Source: Ascidiella aspersa
Lineage: Eukaryota
Assembly: GCA_963924565.1 (NCBI GenBank)
Contig: OZ004612.1
Location: forward strand, 7,564,001-7,628,000
DNA length: 64,000 bases
Direction: 5' to 3'
How positions within the stretch are numbered: position 1 is the first letter of the stretch; each line of letters begins with the position of its first letter. The position numbers and the translations under genes were made by a program. Shown piece by piece: positions 38,303-50,600 of this stretch. A model generated the notes under the pieces. The model did not search any database and was not told the origin of the DNA. It saw only the letters and a list, made by a program, of their open reading frames with translations.

Positions 38303-41300
38303 CTAGTAGGTTTCATTGTCGCTATCATCTTGTGTTTCCTCCGTTGGTTTTTCATCTGGAATATTGTCAGCTGTGTTTTCACTTTCAGACGATGCCTTGT
38401 AATTTATTTTGTAGTTTGGGGCAGAAATCGACCCCTGGCTTCTACGACACGACTCAAGACTGGCACGAATGCTGCTCATGTCAAATGAATTCTGACCACT
38501 AGAAGAGCTGGCAAACTTTATCATAATGGTAATAAGCATGTCAAGACAGTCTGCGACGTTGTTGTTAGGGGCGCAGGCCAATGCAGGTGTTAAGCCATTG
38601 CAGTCGGCAGTTTCCACATTTGATCCTTTCTCTAACAGCTTTAAAGTGACAAGAGTGAGACCTTTTTTGGCTGCAATGTGTAGGGCAATCTGACCGGAGT
38701 TGTTTTGTGCGTTGATGATGTTCATATCTTCGATGCCTTCTAAAAGTGCAAGAGCACATGGCTCATTTTCATTTATGCACGCCAAGTGCAAGGCATTATT
38801 GTTTTCAACGTCAACCAGGGCGCAATCGGCTTTAAAGGACAGGAGCATTTCAACAGATGAGTCGTGACCCAGTGATGAAGCCAACATCAAAGGTGACTGT
38901 CCTTGGGTGTCAGTACAGTCAACATCTGCACTGTGTGAAAGCAGAAAGTGAGCACTATCGGTGTAGTCGTTTAGAATGCAAGTGTGCAGCGGAGATCTTC
39001 CCTTTTTGTCCTTAAGGTTGACAATCTCTTCTCCCAGGGTTTCCACCAACCTTTCAGCACAGGCCTCGTTGTCATTGTACACAGCACAGTGGAGTGGCGT
39101 GGAAGGTGACCCCTCAAACTTGAGGAAGGAATCGTGCAACAAGATTGCATCAACACACGGTTCTTGCCCTTCAAAGGATGCGTAATGCAAGGGCGTGTAA
39201 CCATAACGGTCGATAACATTGACAGTGTTGGTGATTTCCAACAGGTTTTCCAGCATTCCCAGATTGCCCCTAATGGCTGCAAAGTGAAGAACTGTACGAC
39301 CATCGTGGGTTCTGGCAGCTATGGGATCACTGAAATTTGTGGGATTGATGCTGCTTGACGTCGTTGAATCGCTGCTGTTAGAAAAGCGAGCCCTCACTGG
39401 TTTCTGTTGCTGTTGTGCATGGTGTATAAGATTTCGCAGGATGTCTTCACGTCCGACAGCAGCAGCCCTATGCAATGCATTGCAACCAAACTTATCTACT
39501 GGCCAGACCAAGGCATTCCTTGCCATCAGAAAATCAGCAGCGGTGAGGTGCCCATTTGTGACACAATGCATCAAGGGTGTACATTTGTCTTTATCTCTGC
39601 CATTAACAAACTTTCCAATGCCGTTGTTGTCCACTGATTGGTCTAACATAGCGCCTTCAATTAAGAGCTGCATGCAGTGGATGTGGCCATAGCTCGCGGC
39701 AGCGTGTAGAGCTGTTCTCTTGCTCTTGGTGTTCCTCTGTGTTACGCAAGCACCCTGCATTTGTAATGCCCTCATACACTCAGCATTGCCCTGGAATGCG
39801 GCCAGCTCCAATGGGGTTCTGCCTTCTGCATCAGCCAAGTCAAGGTTTAAAAGCAACTCTGCTAAGTGAAGTACAGTGGCAACATGGCCATAGTAGGATG
39901 CAAGATGAAGTGGAGAAGGAATGTTAGAGCCGCTGACATGAGTTGTCTTCAGAATAGCAGAATCAGCTTCAACCAGCAGCTTGACAACTGTGTCGTGACC
40001 GCAAGCAGCTGCAAAGTGTAGAGATGTGTAACCGGCACTGTCACTTGCTAACACGTTTACTCCCCTTTCAAGCAGCAATTCTACACAACCACCATTGGCA
40101 TCAGATGAGGCAGCGTGGTGAAGAAGGGTCCTTCCGTCCTTGTCCGGAAAATTCAAATCCTTATCAGCATCTTCACGCCTGGTTATACTACTAATTAACC
40201 TTCTTGCACATTCTCGCCTTGCAGCACTTAGGGCATAATGGAGCGGAGTGCGTCCAGTTTTGTCTAATTGAGTTAGCAGGGACATGCTCTCAATCGATGA
40301 CAAGAACACATCAAGACATTCCAATGATCCACCACATGCAGCATGGTGAAAACAGGACCTTCCCTCTTCATCACATATCCCAATAACATCAGCAGAAGAC
40401 AGACCTGTATCTTCAGAGGCGTGGGCACTCAACAACTTGCGGCAGCAATTAACATGGCCCTTTAAAGCTGCCCAGTGAATGGCAAGCTTTCCACCGGAGC
40501 CATGTTTTGAAGGATCTGCGCCAGCCTCAAGCAGTGTTGTCACCAGTAGCTCGTGGCCATGTCTTGCCGCAACATGCAATGCACTGTTGCCCTGGAAATC
40601 CAATATATCAGCCCTTGCTCCACTTTCAAGTAAAGAATGTGACCTTGTGAATCTACCATGTACTGCGGTCATGTGAAGGGGCGTCTTGCCTTCCTTGTTT
40701 TGCACATTGACATTAGCTCCATTGTTGACGAGCAGTTCAAGGCAAAGTGCACCGTGAGCGGAAGCAGCAGCATGATGAAGTGAGTTGCATCCTTGATCAT
40801 TAGATATGTTGGGGTCTGCACCGGCTTGAAGCAACTCGTGAACGACACAATCCTGGCCATTAAAACAGGCAAGATGAAGTGGTGTGCATTTCTGGGCGTT
40901 TTGTGTGTTGATGTCAAAACCAAGGTCAAGCAGCATCTTGACAGCGGAGGTCTGTCCTGCGGCCGCTGCAGCATGCATAGGCGTGTCACCACACCGTTTA
41001 TCCTTGCAGTGAATCTCAGCACCCTGTGACACAAGAACCTTGATGATCTCGGTATGGCCCATGTATGCCGCCCAGTGAATGGCTCGACGTTCTTGTCGAT
41101 CGTAGGCGTGAATGTTGGCACCATGTTTGATGAGTAGGTTGACGATGTTGAGGTGGCCATTAAATGCGGCGTGATGAAGTGCTTGGCGACCTGCGCGATC
41201 AGAAAAGTTCAAGTTGCTAAGATGCGGAATGAGCAGCTCGGCACATGACAGGGCGTCGTTGGCAGCTGCCACGTGCAGCGGTGACTGCCACAGTTTATCT

Positions 41301-41632
41301 CTTGCATTCACGTCAGCTTGATGCTTTAAAAGAGCACTGACAGCATCATCCGAACGTGATGCACAAGCCCTGTGTAGAGGTGTCAGCCACCTGGAATCCT
41401 TTGCATTAATCCTGGCTCCACTTAAAATGAGAAGGTTGATGATGTCAGCATCGCCCAAGTACGCTGCTGCGTGAAGCGGAGATCGCCGCTCTGTGTCCTG
41501 ACAATTGACATCTTCTTTTTTGTAGATTAGCGACCTCACCTCATCTGCATCGCCTCCGAATATAGCTTGCACCAAAGGTGGCTCGTCGCTTAGACTTGAT
41601 ATTATCGATTGAGAACCAAGAAATGAATGCAT
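38303..41632 (-). CDS. ANKRD28: Serine/threonine-protein phosphatase 6 regulatory ankyrin repeat subunit (ANKRD28/44/52 co-orthologue), single coding exon, 1109 aa
   Basis: Uninterrupted ORF of tandem ankyrin repeats. The N-terminus LSDEPPLVQAIFGGDADEVRSLIYKKEDVN...ERRSPLHAAAYLGD...ARINAKDSRWLTPLHRAC and the C-terminal TPALACAPNNNVADCL and DSDNETY are diagnostic of the PP6-ARS family. The paralogue cannot be resolved. Confidence 0.93.
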   Translation of the reverse strand: MHSFLGSQSIISSLSDEPPLVQAIFGGDADEVRSLIYKKEDVNCQDTERRSPLHAAAYLGDADIINLLILSGARINAKDSRWLTPLHRACASRSDDAVSALLKHQADVNARDKLWQSPLHVAAANDALSCAELLIPHLSNLNFSDRAGRQALHHAAFNGHLNIVNLLIKHGANIHAYDRQERRAIHWAAYMGHTEIIKVLVSQGAEIHCKDKRCGDTPMHAAAAAGQTSAVKMLLDLGFDINTQNAQKCTPLHLACFNGQDCVVHELLQAGADPNISNDQGCNSLHHAAASAHGALCLELLVNNGANVNVQNKEGKTPLHMTAVHGRFTRSHSLLESGARADILDFQGNSALHVAARHGHELLVTTLLEAGADPSKHGSGGKLAIHWAALKGHVNCCRKLLSAHASEDTGLSSADVIGICDEEGRSCFHHAACGGSLECLDVFLSSIESMSLLTQLDKTGRTPLHYALSAARRECARRLISSITRREDADKDLNFPDKDGRTLLHHAASSDANGGCVELLLERGVNVLASDSAGYTSLHFAAACGHDTVVKLLVEADSAILKTTHVSGSNIPSPLHLASYYGHVATVLHLAELLLNLDLADAEGRTPLELAAFQGNAECMRALQMQGACVTQRNTKSKRTALHAAASYGHIHCMQLLIEGAMLDQSVDNNGIGKFVNGRDKDKCTPLMHCVTNGHLTAADFLMARNALVWPVDKFGCNALHRAAAVGREDILRNLIHHAQQQQKPVRARFSNSSDSTTSSSINPTNFSDPIAARTHDGRTVLHFAAIRGNLGMLENLLEITNTVNVIDRYGYTPLHYASFEGQEPCVDAILLHDSFLKFEGSPSTPLHCAVYNDNEACAERLVETLGEEIVNLKDKKGRSPLHTCILNDYTDSAHFLLSHSADVDCTDTQGQSPLMLASSLGHDSSVEMLLSFKADCALVDVENNNALHLACINENEPCALALLEGIEDMNIINAQNNSGQIALHIAAKKGLTLVTLKLLEKGSNVETADCNGLTPALACAPNNNVADCLDMLITIMIKFASSSSGQNSFDMSSIRASLESCRRSQGSISAPNYKINYKASSESENTADNIPDEKPTEETQDDSDNETY

Positions 41633-41961
41633 GACATTTGTTAAGCAAATTCAGTTTTATTAATGAAAAATTTTATCTTGTTTAACAAAGTGTATCTAAA
41701 AAGTAAATAAAACAAAAATATAAAGTAAACGGCCAAGAATTAGATATGTATATTTAAAGATATAGTAGTGTCAGTGCCAAAAACACCACATTAAACTATG
41801 TTGTTACAGTCAGAGTTTTGCTCAATATTACAATCTATAATCCTCCTGAAGATTAAATATAGAGCTATATATTAATCCAACTAAAAAATAACTGTACAGC
41901 TATAATAGTGTATTCCAGATTGGAAAGTTCAGCCACTCTCAGTGCGGTCTGCATTCTGGGA

Positions 41962-42125
41962 CAGGTGCCAACCAGATATTATTTGAAAGCAATTGGTGTG
42001 CACACTTGAAATAGTAATTGCACACCTGAATTCCATAAAAAAAGATTGAATTGTGCTAGATTTGCAAACCTTGGGTGTGCATAAAACTTTAATTGCACAC
42101 CTGCACAACTAAAAAGTTGGCCCTG
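41962..42125. mobile_element. Small hAT-like MITE relic
   Basis: Ends CAGGTGCCAAC / GTTGGCCCTG with duplicated internal GGTGTGCA...AATTGCACACCTG; no clear TSD. Confidence 0.45.
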
Positions 42126-43778
42126 AAGACATGAGATCTCTACGTGAAATGTCATTTAATGCAAACTGGCCCTCAGCCATGACAATAGAGGTGAAATAAG
42201 TAAAATTAACATTAGCTGCTGAAGTCGAAAGCGAAAAACTTTACTGGCGCATATGGTGTCGGAAGAGTATCTTAGTTACCAAACACAACTTTTTGAAACA
42301 CACTGAGTGGTAACCCATCTGCACAATTTAGCGTTTATATTCTGATCTTGTTTACTTCCTGGAATATTGAATGATAAAGTTTCGAGCTGCAGATATGCTT
42401 CCCTTTGGTTCTACTATCTACCACTTTCTTTACATTAACGGAGCAAGTTGTCATAAATAAAATTGCAAGAAATAAAAAATATGGCAGAATAAATATAATA
42501 TTACCTGACCCAGCGAAACGCTAACTCGAACCGTAACCTAAAAAATGTTAATAATTTAATCCCCGGGCGAAAAAATGTGTTAGGATTCTAGATCAGCGCC
42601 GACATTTTCCCACGCAAAATCCAAAGTTTCCAATCTTGCAAATGTATGAGTCTAGTCGATAATTATGTTGCAAATTTACAGAGAATAAATATATCACCAC
42701 AAAGTGAAATTACAGCCAACTGGAAATACACTGAATGTTTTAAACATATTTAAACGTCAAGATCAGTCTATACTTATAGCTTAAGTTTAACTAGTTACGA
42801 CAGTACAGTTAAAGAGGCAAAACCAATTTCTTGGCTCGTTATGCATGGCTAGCGCGTTTATTTCTCGACAAGGCGGGGTAATACTGACACCTAGCGATAT
42901 ATATATCAATCATATAAAACGTGAAAAACTCCTTTCGGAAAATTGACGAAATAAATGAAAAACGACAAAACTGTTCCTTTAAAATGCCTAAAGAAAATTT
43001 TTTAATCATCATTTGCCAGATTGACTATTTAAACTCTTGATCTCCTTTAGCGACATCATGGCGTTTAAAAAACAGAACTTGCTTTGTTGTATCTTCTATA
43101 TAAAAAGACCAGTTTTATTCGAAGCTCTGTTTATGCGAGGAGTTTAGTATATAATGGCAATACCAGTACGTGACACCAGGTACTAGAAATAACTTATTTA
43201 TAGGTTCAGTTCGATAAGGAGTAGCAACAGGTTTAACGTAGGCTATAACTTCAATTAATTATCTCGTTTTGACGCTTTTATTTAGAAAAACCTATTACCC
43301 CAAAAAGTGGGCTTTCGTTTCCTGCCTTGTAACAGACTTTGACTAATTTTATTTTCTATTTCGTTTGACCAGTAGAAATTGGTTTGGATATACAAAGAAG
43401 GAAAATTGTAAGCGGAAGTGTTGTTAGGCCATAATCGTTATCTAAGTTGGCGCCACCAATGTTACCAAAGTTGTTTAGTCGCTTTACTGTTTTCACAGAC
43501 ATTTATTGGTAAGCCATTTTTGTTTTAGAATTGCATGAAACAACTGTGTTTAAAAGTGAAACTGGTTGGATTCAGCATGAGACCAATACTGAATTGCAAA
43601 TAATTTAAAGATTTTGTAATGCGATGTTTTTAAAATTATTTCATCTTGTTATTTTAGTCGTATATCGCTTGAAGATTATTTGTTTCTTAAATGCACGATA
43701 GAAAACAACATTTAATTTAGAATGCACTTGGTGGACTTAACTAAGCTAGATCTTCAAAGTTTACGATTCTGCTTAAAG

Positions 43779-44087
43779 CAGTGTTTCTCAACCTATGGGT
43801 CGCGACCCAAAATTGGGTCGCTGTTTGATTTGGTTGGGTCGCCAACCGCAGTAGTTCATATGTTTATAATTGGTTCTGAGAAATATTTTTCAATTAAGAA
43901 AATTGAGTAAGCAATACAGATATTGTCTTATAATTAATTATTTCTTTATGCTAATGCCTATTTTTTGTTCGCTTTCAAGAAGCTAGTTTTTATTTCGCTT
44001 ACAACAAAAAAAAAACAATTGGGTCGCCAAAGCTTCATACTTACGCTTAATATTTGGGTCGCTGCGAAAAAAGGTTGAGAAGCGCTG
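43779..44087. mobile_element. hAT (Charlie-like) MITE, well preserved
   Basis: TIRs CAGTGTTTCTCAACCT / AGGTTGAGAAGCGCTG (14/16), perfect 8-bp TSD GCTTAAAG (43771-43778, 44088-44095), five TGGGTCGC subterminal repeats. Confidence 0.9.
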
Positions 44088-44161
44088 GCTTAAAGGGTAA
44101 CGAAGAGTAGGCTAGGCCTATGCATTTTAGAAAACAGTTTATTAAGTTAAAGTCATTTTAA

Positions 44162-44332
44162 TTGGCGTCATTAAAAGGAAGTCGTTGTTCGTCACTTCCA
44201 ACTTCTAAAAGAACATAAAAGCATTAGCGAATTGACCCTTCTCGCAGATATGTTTCGGGAAACCGTTACGCATAGATACGTGCAATTGTGCTTTATGCAG
44301 TTCACCATTAACGTCACGTTCGCTATGCGTCA
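44162..44332 (+). promoter_or_regulatory. Conserved upstream block of GPCR paralogue 1
   Basis: TGGCG..A.TAAAAGGAAGT and CATAGATACGTGCAATTGTGCTT...TAACGTCACGTT..CTATGCGTCA are shared with 54414-54573, while the flanks do not align. Confidence 0.6.
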
Positions 44333-44640
44333 AACGTTTTGTATGTTTTCATTTCTCTATAAATCACGTACATTTTATAGCTAAGGTAGAAAAATTTAAA
44401 AAGTATTTATTTAAATGTAGTAAATTGATAGTTTGACGTTAGGCCTATGTATATTGTACTTTATAAGTAGAAGCAACTATAGCCTTCAACATGTAGGCTA
44501 CTTTCTGTAACCATAGGCCCTTAGTTCATTTGAATTAATCGTTGATCGTTTTCTCTTGTAGAAATAGAAAGAATGTTCAGCCAATGTTAGCCAAATGGTA
44601 TACGAAGAAATTGTTTTGATCTTACGAAACACATCAAGAT

Positions 44641-47600
44641 ATGTCTCTTTTACTTGTTCGAATTGCCTGGTTTCTGGTAATTTCAATTGCATTCAAACCA
44701 GTTTTCGGTAAGGGTTTCTCTTTTGTGGATTGTTCTGTTTAATTTTAAAACGTATAGGCCTACGCGTGTATTTTATAGAGGCACCAAACATTGTTAAGTT
44801 TACATTTAATATTATAAATTTACAAATATGGAACATGCAGAACGTGTGTCTTACCAAGCCCAAAAAATTAGTTTATTTGGTTCAAATTGACAAATGTTTC
44901 GAAACAAACGGTACGTGACGCAGGTATAGGCCTATAAAAGAGAATCGCGTATTGCTCGAAATAACAGTATTTATATTTTTTTGAGTTAACAAAATCGCAT
45001 ATTTTATAGAGTTTCACGAGGTCGCACGGGCGTAACATTCCATAGGCTATACGCTAAATATATTTTCCCTTAAACGTAACATAGTAAACGTTGGTAAAAA
45101 ATATAGTTTCGCGAGCATATGGCATTACCCCCTTCCCTGCATGGGTCTGTCCCTGTTTTAGGGTTTTAACCTACTTACTAATCACTAACCAACTAGTGCC
45201 CTCTGATAATATTGAATTTAAAAATGAGAAAAAAATTGCATACTTACTTGACCAAACTCCATTGCGGCCAGTGGGAAGTCACCTGTTGGAGCTCCGCAAA
45301 CGGGATTCGTCTTGTCGGACAGAGGACGGATACTTCCTCTGCGACAACTCACAATGCGTTGAAAGACAGCGAGTTCGCGACTTTAACGACGACTGCGCGG
45401 ATCGAAGCGATCAACGCTCAGGTAAAAAATAGTTTGTTTTAAAACGGGCCGACATGCGCATGCTCAGTACCAAATTTTAAATCTGATAAGGCAGCCAACT
45501 GGAAATTGTAAAGGTGGAATAGCATATGGTGGTATATTTTTCAACCGTTATTGTGAGTGAATGAACATAACAGTGGATTGCTGAATATCGACGTTATTTT
45601 AGTTACGCAAAATGGCGGATTACAGGCTGTAGAGTCAGTCTCGGAACTGGACGAAATCGCACTTTGGATAGAAAATTAGTTTTTGGCCCTAAACGAGGTG
45701 TAGCCTAACATAGCATGGATGTTGTTCATTGAAGTCAGATTTTTTAGGCAACGATGCAGACAAATAGACCATCTATAAGTCAACTTCACAGTTAACAGTA
45801 GCGTTTTCGTAATCTGGTTCACAGGCAGACATTAAAAGTTATTTAAGAGTTTTGCGACAAATAATCTGTCTGCTCAAGTTACTTGTAGGATGACATTCCG
45901 GAAAAAAGGTCTTTTGTTTGTTAGGAGCTGAATTAGTTTGTTGTAGTCTGTCTTTAGACTAACCATTTTTCAAAAACATTTTCAAATAAATCACGCTTGT
46001 TTGTTTGTTAGATATAAACCTATTTTATAAGGAAAGGAATCTGTTTATAAATCTGAATAAATACAGAAAAACAAAAAACTGACAATGAAAAAGGAAAACA
46101 AACTCTCTAAAAAGGACACCATGGCAGACTCAATCCTTTTCTTTTATTAAGCTCTGACGCCAAGAGACGTTACGCTTAGTAGGCTATAAACATTATGTGG
46201 GGGAATATTGTAACAATTCATATACGTTTTCAAAGGCCATTAACGGTGATTTAATCTAGATCAATTTCGATTGGTGTGGTGCAAACGTAGAAACACTTGG
46301 CTGTTATTGTATGTTGCTTCAATGTCAAATGTAGCTATTGTAAACAAGTGGTTTTACTAGCTTAACTATCTGTTATTTTTTAAATGTGCTCTTAGCATAT
46401 ACAGTTTGTTTTTTTCGCTCAGAAAACCCGCGGTTTAAAAAAATTATTTCCCTAAAACTATCTGTAAACCTTAAACTTATTTCAAACTATTTTAAATAGC
46501 ATGGAGTTAGATGTCCATCGTTTGGTAAAAATAAGGAAATTTTGACCACAAAATGTATATTATGGAATTAAACACCCCAACAGTTAGTTCGTCAGCTTCA
46601 TCACTTTATGTTGATTTGTACATCTAGGACTGAATTGTACGGACGACGAGTTTCTTTGCCGATCGACCTTCCGTTGCGTTCCGAGGCAGTTTGTGGTGGA
46701 CGGATGCCTTCATAAACGTTCCATTATACTCGGGTGCAGAGAAAATCAAGGTACTGAGCTTGCAGTGTTGTATACAAGTCATTTTGAAATGACTTAAGGC
46801 CCAGTCAAGTCATTCGTAAAATAACTTAAGTCCAAGTCAAGTCTTTTCGAGTAAATAACAAGTCAAGTCCCAGTTTCAAGTATCATTTATCATCCCGTTA
46901 AGCAAGTAAATTATAATCTGAGTTATAATACTTTGTAAATCTTGCAAATTTTCTTTTTTAACTTTAGTTATGATGTCATTGGATATTGGTTTCAGCGAAC
47001 GATCTATTAGCCTAAGTATCGAGTTGCGCTACTGAAATAAAATAGTATAAGTATTAGAAATACGCAGTACGACTTCGCTTCAGTGGTGAAAGTAAGCCGG
47101 AACAGTCGGTAACACTCTGTTCCAGTAAAATGATTAATTTTCGGCCAATAAAATAAATATAAGAGTATGTAAATTGCATACAAATATGTTTAGGGCATAC
47201 GTTTGATGACCACACTGGACTTATTTAAACCCAAACGATTCCTAAAAATTACTTTTCTATTAAATAAATTTCAAAAATATCAAGTCACCAACGAGTGTTG
47301 CCTTAAAAAAGTTTGTTTATGAAGCAAGTGTCTTCAATAGTGGCCACAAATGTTTGAAGTGTGAGTTACCAAAGTCCCAAACCAACTGACAACGTTTTAA
47401 TTCAATAAAATACTAAAACGTTTAACCAAAGTACACAGATAGTGCATATTTAGTCCTACACGTCTTGTTCGTTTGTTCAACAATATTGATAGCTCATTTC
47501 GCAATGCGCGAAGAGCAAGTTTCACAGCACAAATGATTTGCGGGTGCTACGCAATTACACGTTCAAGGTAGTTGGGGCAATTTAACGATCAAGGAATTTC

Positions 47601-50600
47601 ATAACTTACTGTCACAGAATTCACTTGCCGCAAGACTCGTCGCTGCATCCCGAGGTGGATGGTGATGGACGGAGAGAGGGATTGCGACACTTTGTCATAT
47701 AACGATCCGAGTGACGAGGAGCGCGGGTTCGAATCCTGCACAAGCTCGGAGGTGCGCTGCCATCTTCCAGTCGAAAGTAGCTTAAAGAAGGCGCGCTGCA
47801 TCCCACGGGCGTGGGTTCGCGATAACATCACTGATTGTCCAGGAACGGGGAGTGACGAAGTGGCGCCGTTAAGCTCCTGTAATAACGCAACCGAATTTCG
47901 CTGCAAAGATAGCGGCAGATGCGTGCTGCGGTATAGGGTAAGAGACGGATACCCGGATTGTGGCGACTTTTCCGACGAGCTTGAGCAACTTGTATGCAAC
48001 AGAGACGAATTTCATTGCCTCGATAGCGGAAGATGCATTCCCAATACTTGGATTGGGAACAAAGTAAGCGATTGTCCAGACGGAAGCGATGAAAAGGTGA
48101 TTAGGCAACCAACAAACTGTTCGGCAAACCAGTACTTATGCGCCTCGTCGCGTCGATGTATTCCTCTTGAGTATTTATGCGACGGAATCGACAACTGTGG
48201 AGATTGTAGCGACGAGATCGAGAGCTGCAAAGAGCAAGGTCCAAAGATGTTTCGCTGCCCGAACCAACCAAGCACTTGCCTGTCTTGGCAGTATTCCTGT
48301 GACGCGTTAACTGACTGCCCGAATGGCGCCGATGACATCACTTGGATGCCAGGCTTCAAGTGTCAAAAAGTAGTTTTAAACTCGCCCACCGGCAAGAAAT
48401 ACTGCTCGGTGCCTCAATGGGCCTTACACGATCAGTTGCCTTGGTGCGACGACGGATCTGATATTTGTTTCGATGACAGGGGCGAGTTTTTGTGCTCGAT
48501 GTGCTTGGACGGTAAGACCATCATAGCCAAGAGGCAGTTGTGTGATGGGATCATCGACTGTCCAGACCTTTCAGACGAGTGCCTCTGCTCGAATGGTTTT
48601 AATACAACTGTCCTTACTGACGTCTGCTCAAACGTGTGTTACAATACTGACCGGCATTGTGCTGCGTGTCGCAACTGCAGCGTTGGGCATCTCAAGTGCG
48701 ATTCAATATGTTTGGCAAGAAATAAATTTTGCGATGGCGTGGTAGATTGCCCGATATCTAAATCAGACGAGTTGTATTGCGCTAAAGATCAAAAACTTGT
48801 CGCTGCAAAAAGTCCGAAGAACTTCGTTTGTGACCCGATTACTCCCTTACATCGAACCTTGGGTGACATCCTTCAATTCGCCTCGTACGCTGAAGGAGCA
48901 GCGCTTGTCGCGAACGCTGTCGGGTAAATTAAATTTTCACCTTGAGAAGCTTAAACTGAGAAAACCTAAAGTCAGTTTGTTTTGATTTTATTGTGATACT
49001 GAAGTATAAGTCAAATCGTTTTGAATAAATAACAAGTCAAGTTCTAGTTCAAGACATCAGTTGCGCAAGTCAAGTCCAAGTCAAGTCATAATTAGAGCAA
49101 GTCAACTTCACGTCACGTTGCTTGTCATAAAAATAAAAAGTTAAACTATTAGAACTATTAAACTCGTTTGAATATGAGCAATAACTGAAGTAAAATTTAA
49201 GAAAAATGCAACATATAGCAAGCAAATTGTTTTATGTGCAAAAACTTAAATTAATAGCTCAATTTTATAAAAAAAAAATAAAGAAAAAACATTTTATTTT
49301 CACCCAAGTCATTTGTCCATAAGACTTAAGTTTAGTCAAGTCATTTGTCCGAAAGACCTAAGTCAATTTAAGTCATTGTACCCTAGTTACACAGTGACTT
49401 AAGTGCACTTAAGTCAGTACAACATTGATAGAAACACAATAAAATATAAAACAAGCGAAAAATTCTGATTGCAAACGTAGCAGAAATGCGTCCACATTTC
49501 CCGCTTTTTAAGTATTTGATCTTTAGAAAGAATTTGTTTTTACCATTACTGTAGATGCGACGGAAAAGTGGAATGTCTTCATTTTGAAGACGAATGCTCC
49601 CCCCGGGCAAATTGTAGCACAAGGCTCAAGGTTTGCGACAGCATTCCAATGAAAAAAGTTAGTATGTTAATACCCAAGTGTTCAATTTTGTTTTGCTATA
49701 TTACTGAGAATTTTTTTTTCTAACAAGATACTGCATCGTAAACACAAATTAAATACAAAGTGGAACACCAGTATAAAATCTATAAGAATACATTCAATAT
49801 CTCAAAATTAAAAATTACTCTCAACGATAGCTATGAGTTTTCTTTGCTGCCAACTATCACATCAGCGTTAAGTGAAAGATTAAATCAGGCGTCACACACC
49901 CTACCGCTACGCTTTCTCTTCCGCCAGATAGTAATTCCCACTTTATGGTCGAAGTTGTACAACGCGACAGGCAAGGAAATGAACCGCATGTGTGGCGGTT
50001 TTCTGGAATACGTGCTGGGATCTTCGATTTGCAATGGTGTTCAGGAATGTAGCGAAAAGGAAGACGAGACCGAATGCGATCGTTTCTACTGCGACGCGGG
50101 AAAAGTGCTGTGGATCTCAGGTGAAAACGCACAAATGCACACGACTTGTTATTCCTACAATTTTGTCCATTTCAAACTTGAGTATTTCAAACACAAAGGC
50201 GGGAACTCTAATTGATTGAACTAATTTGTTTATTATATGACAATTAATTTGTCTCATTTCTAAAAAGTTTTTTTCAGAGTGGCAAATGGGGGGGGGGGTG
50301 ACTTTTCGTTTTTATCAATATAGAATTAACCTAAACTAATGTTGAAAGTATAAGCTATTTGAGGGTAGGCTACACTGAACAAACTTTTGGGTTTGCACAA
50401 AACGGATTGTTACAGACCGACATAAAAATAAGAAACACAACACACACTAGATACAGATATATAAATTTATTTAGGAACAAGACCAAAGATTAGTATTCCT
50501 TGGTTGGAACGTTGCAATGGAGAGTTCGATTGCAAGGACAAAACGGACGAAATGAACTGCAACAAATCCACCCATTTCTATTGCAAAAACGGAGAACCTT

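Noticed and set aside
38565-41160. Overlapping and antisense ORFs within the ANKRD gene (similarly within the GPCR exons)
   Set aside because: Shadow ORFs of real coding sequence with no independent features.
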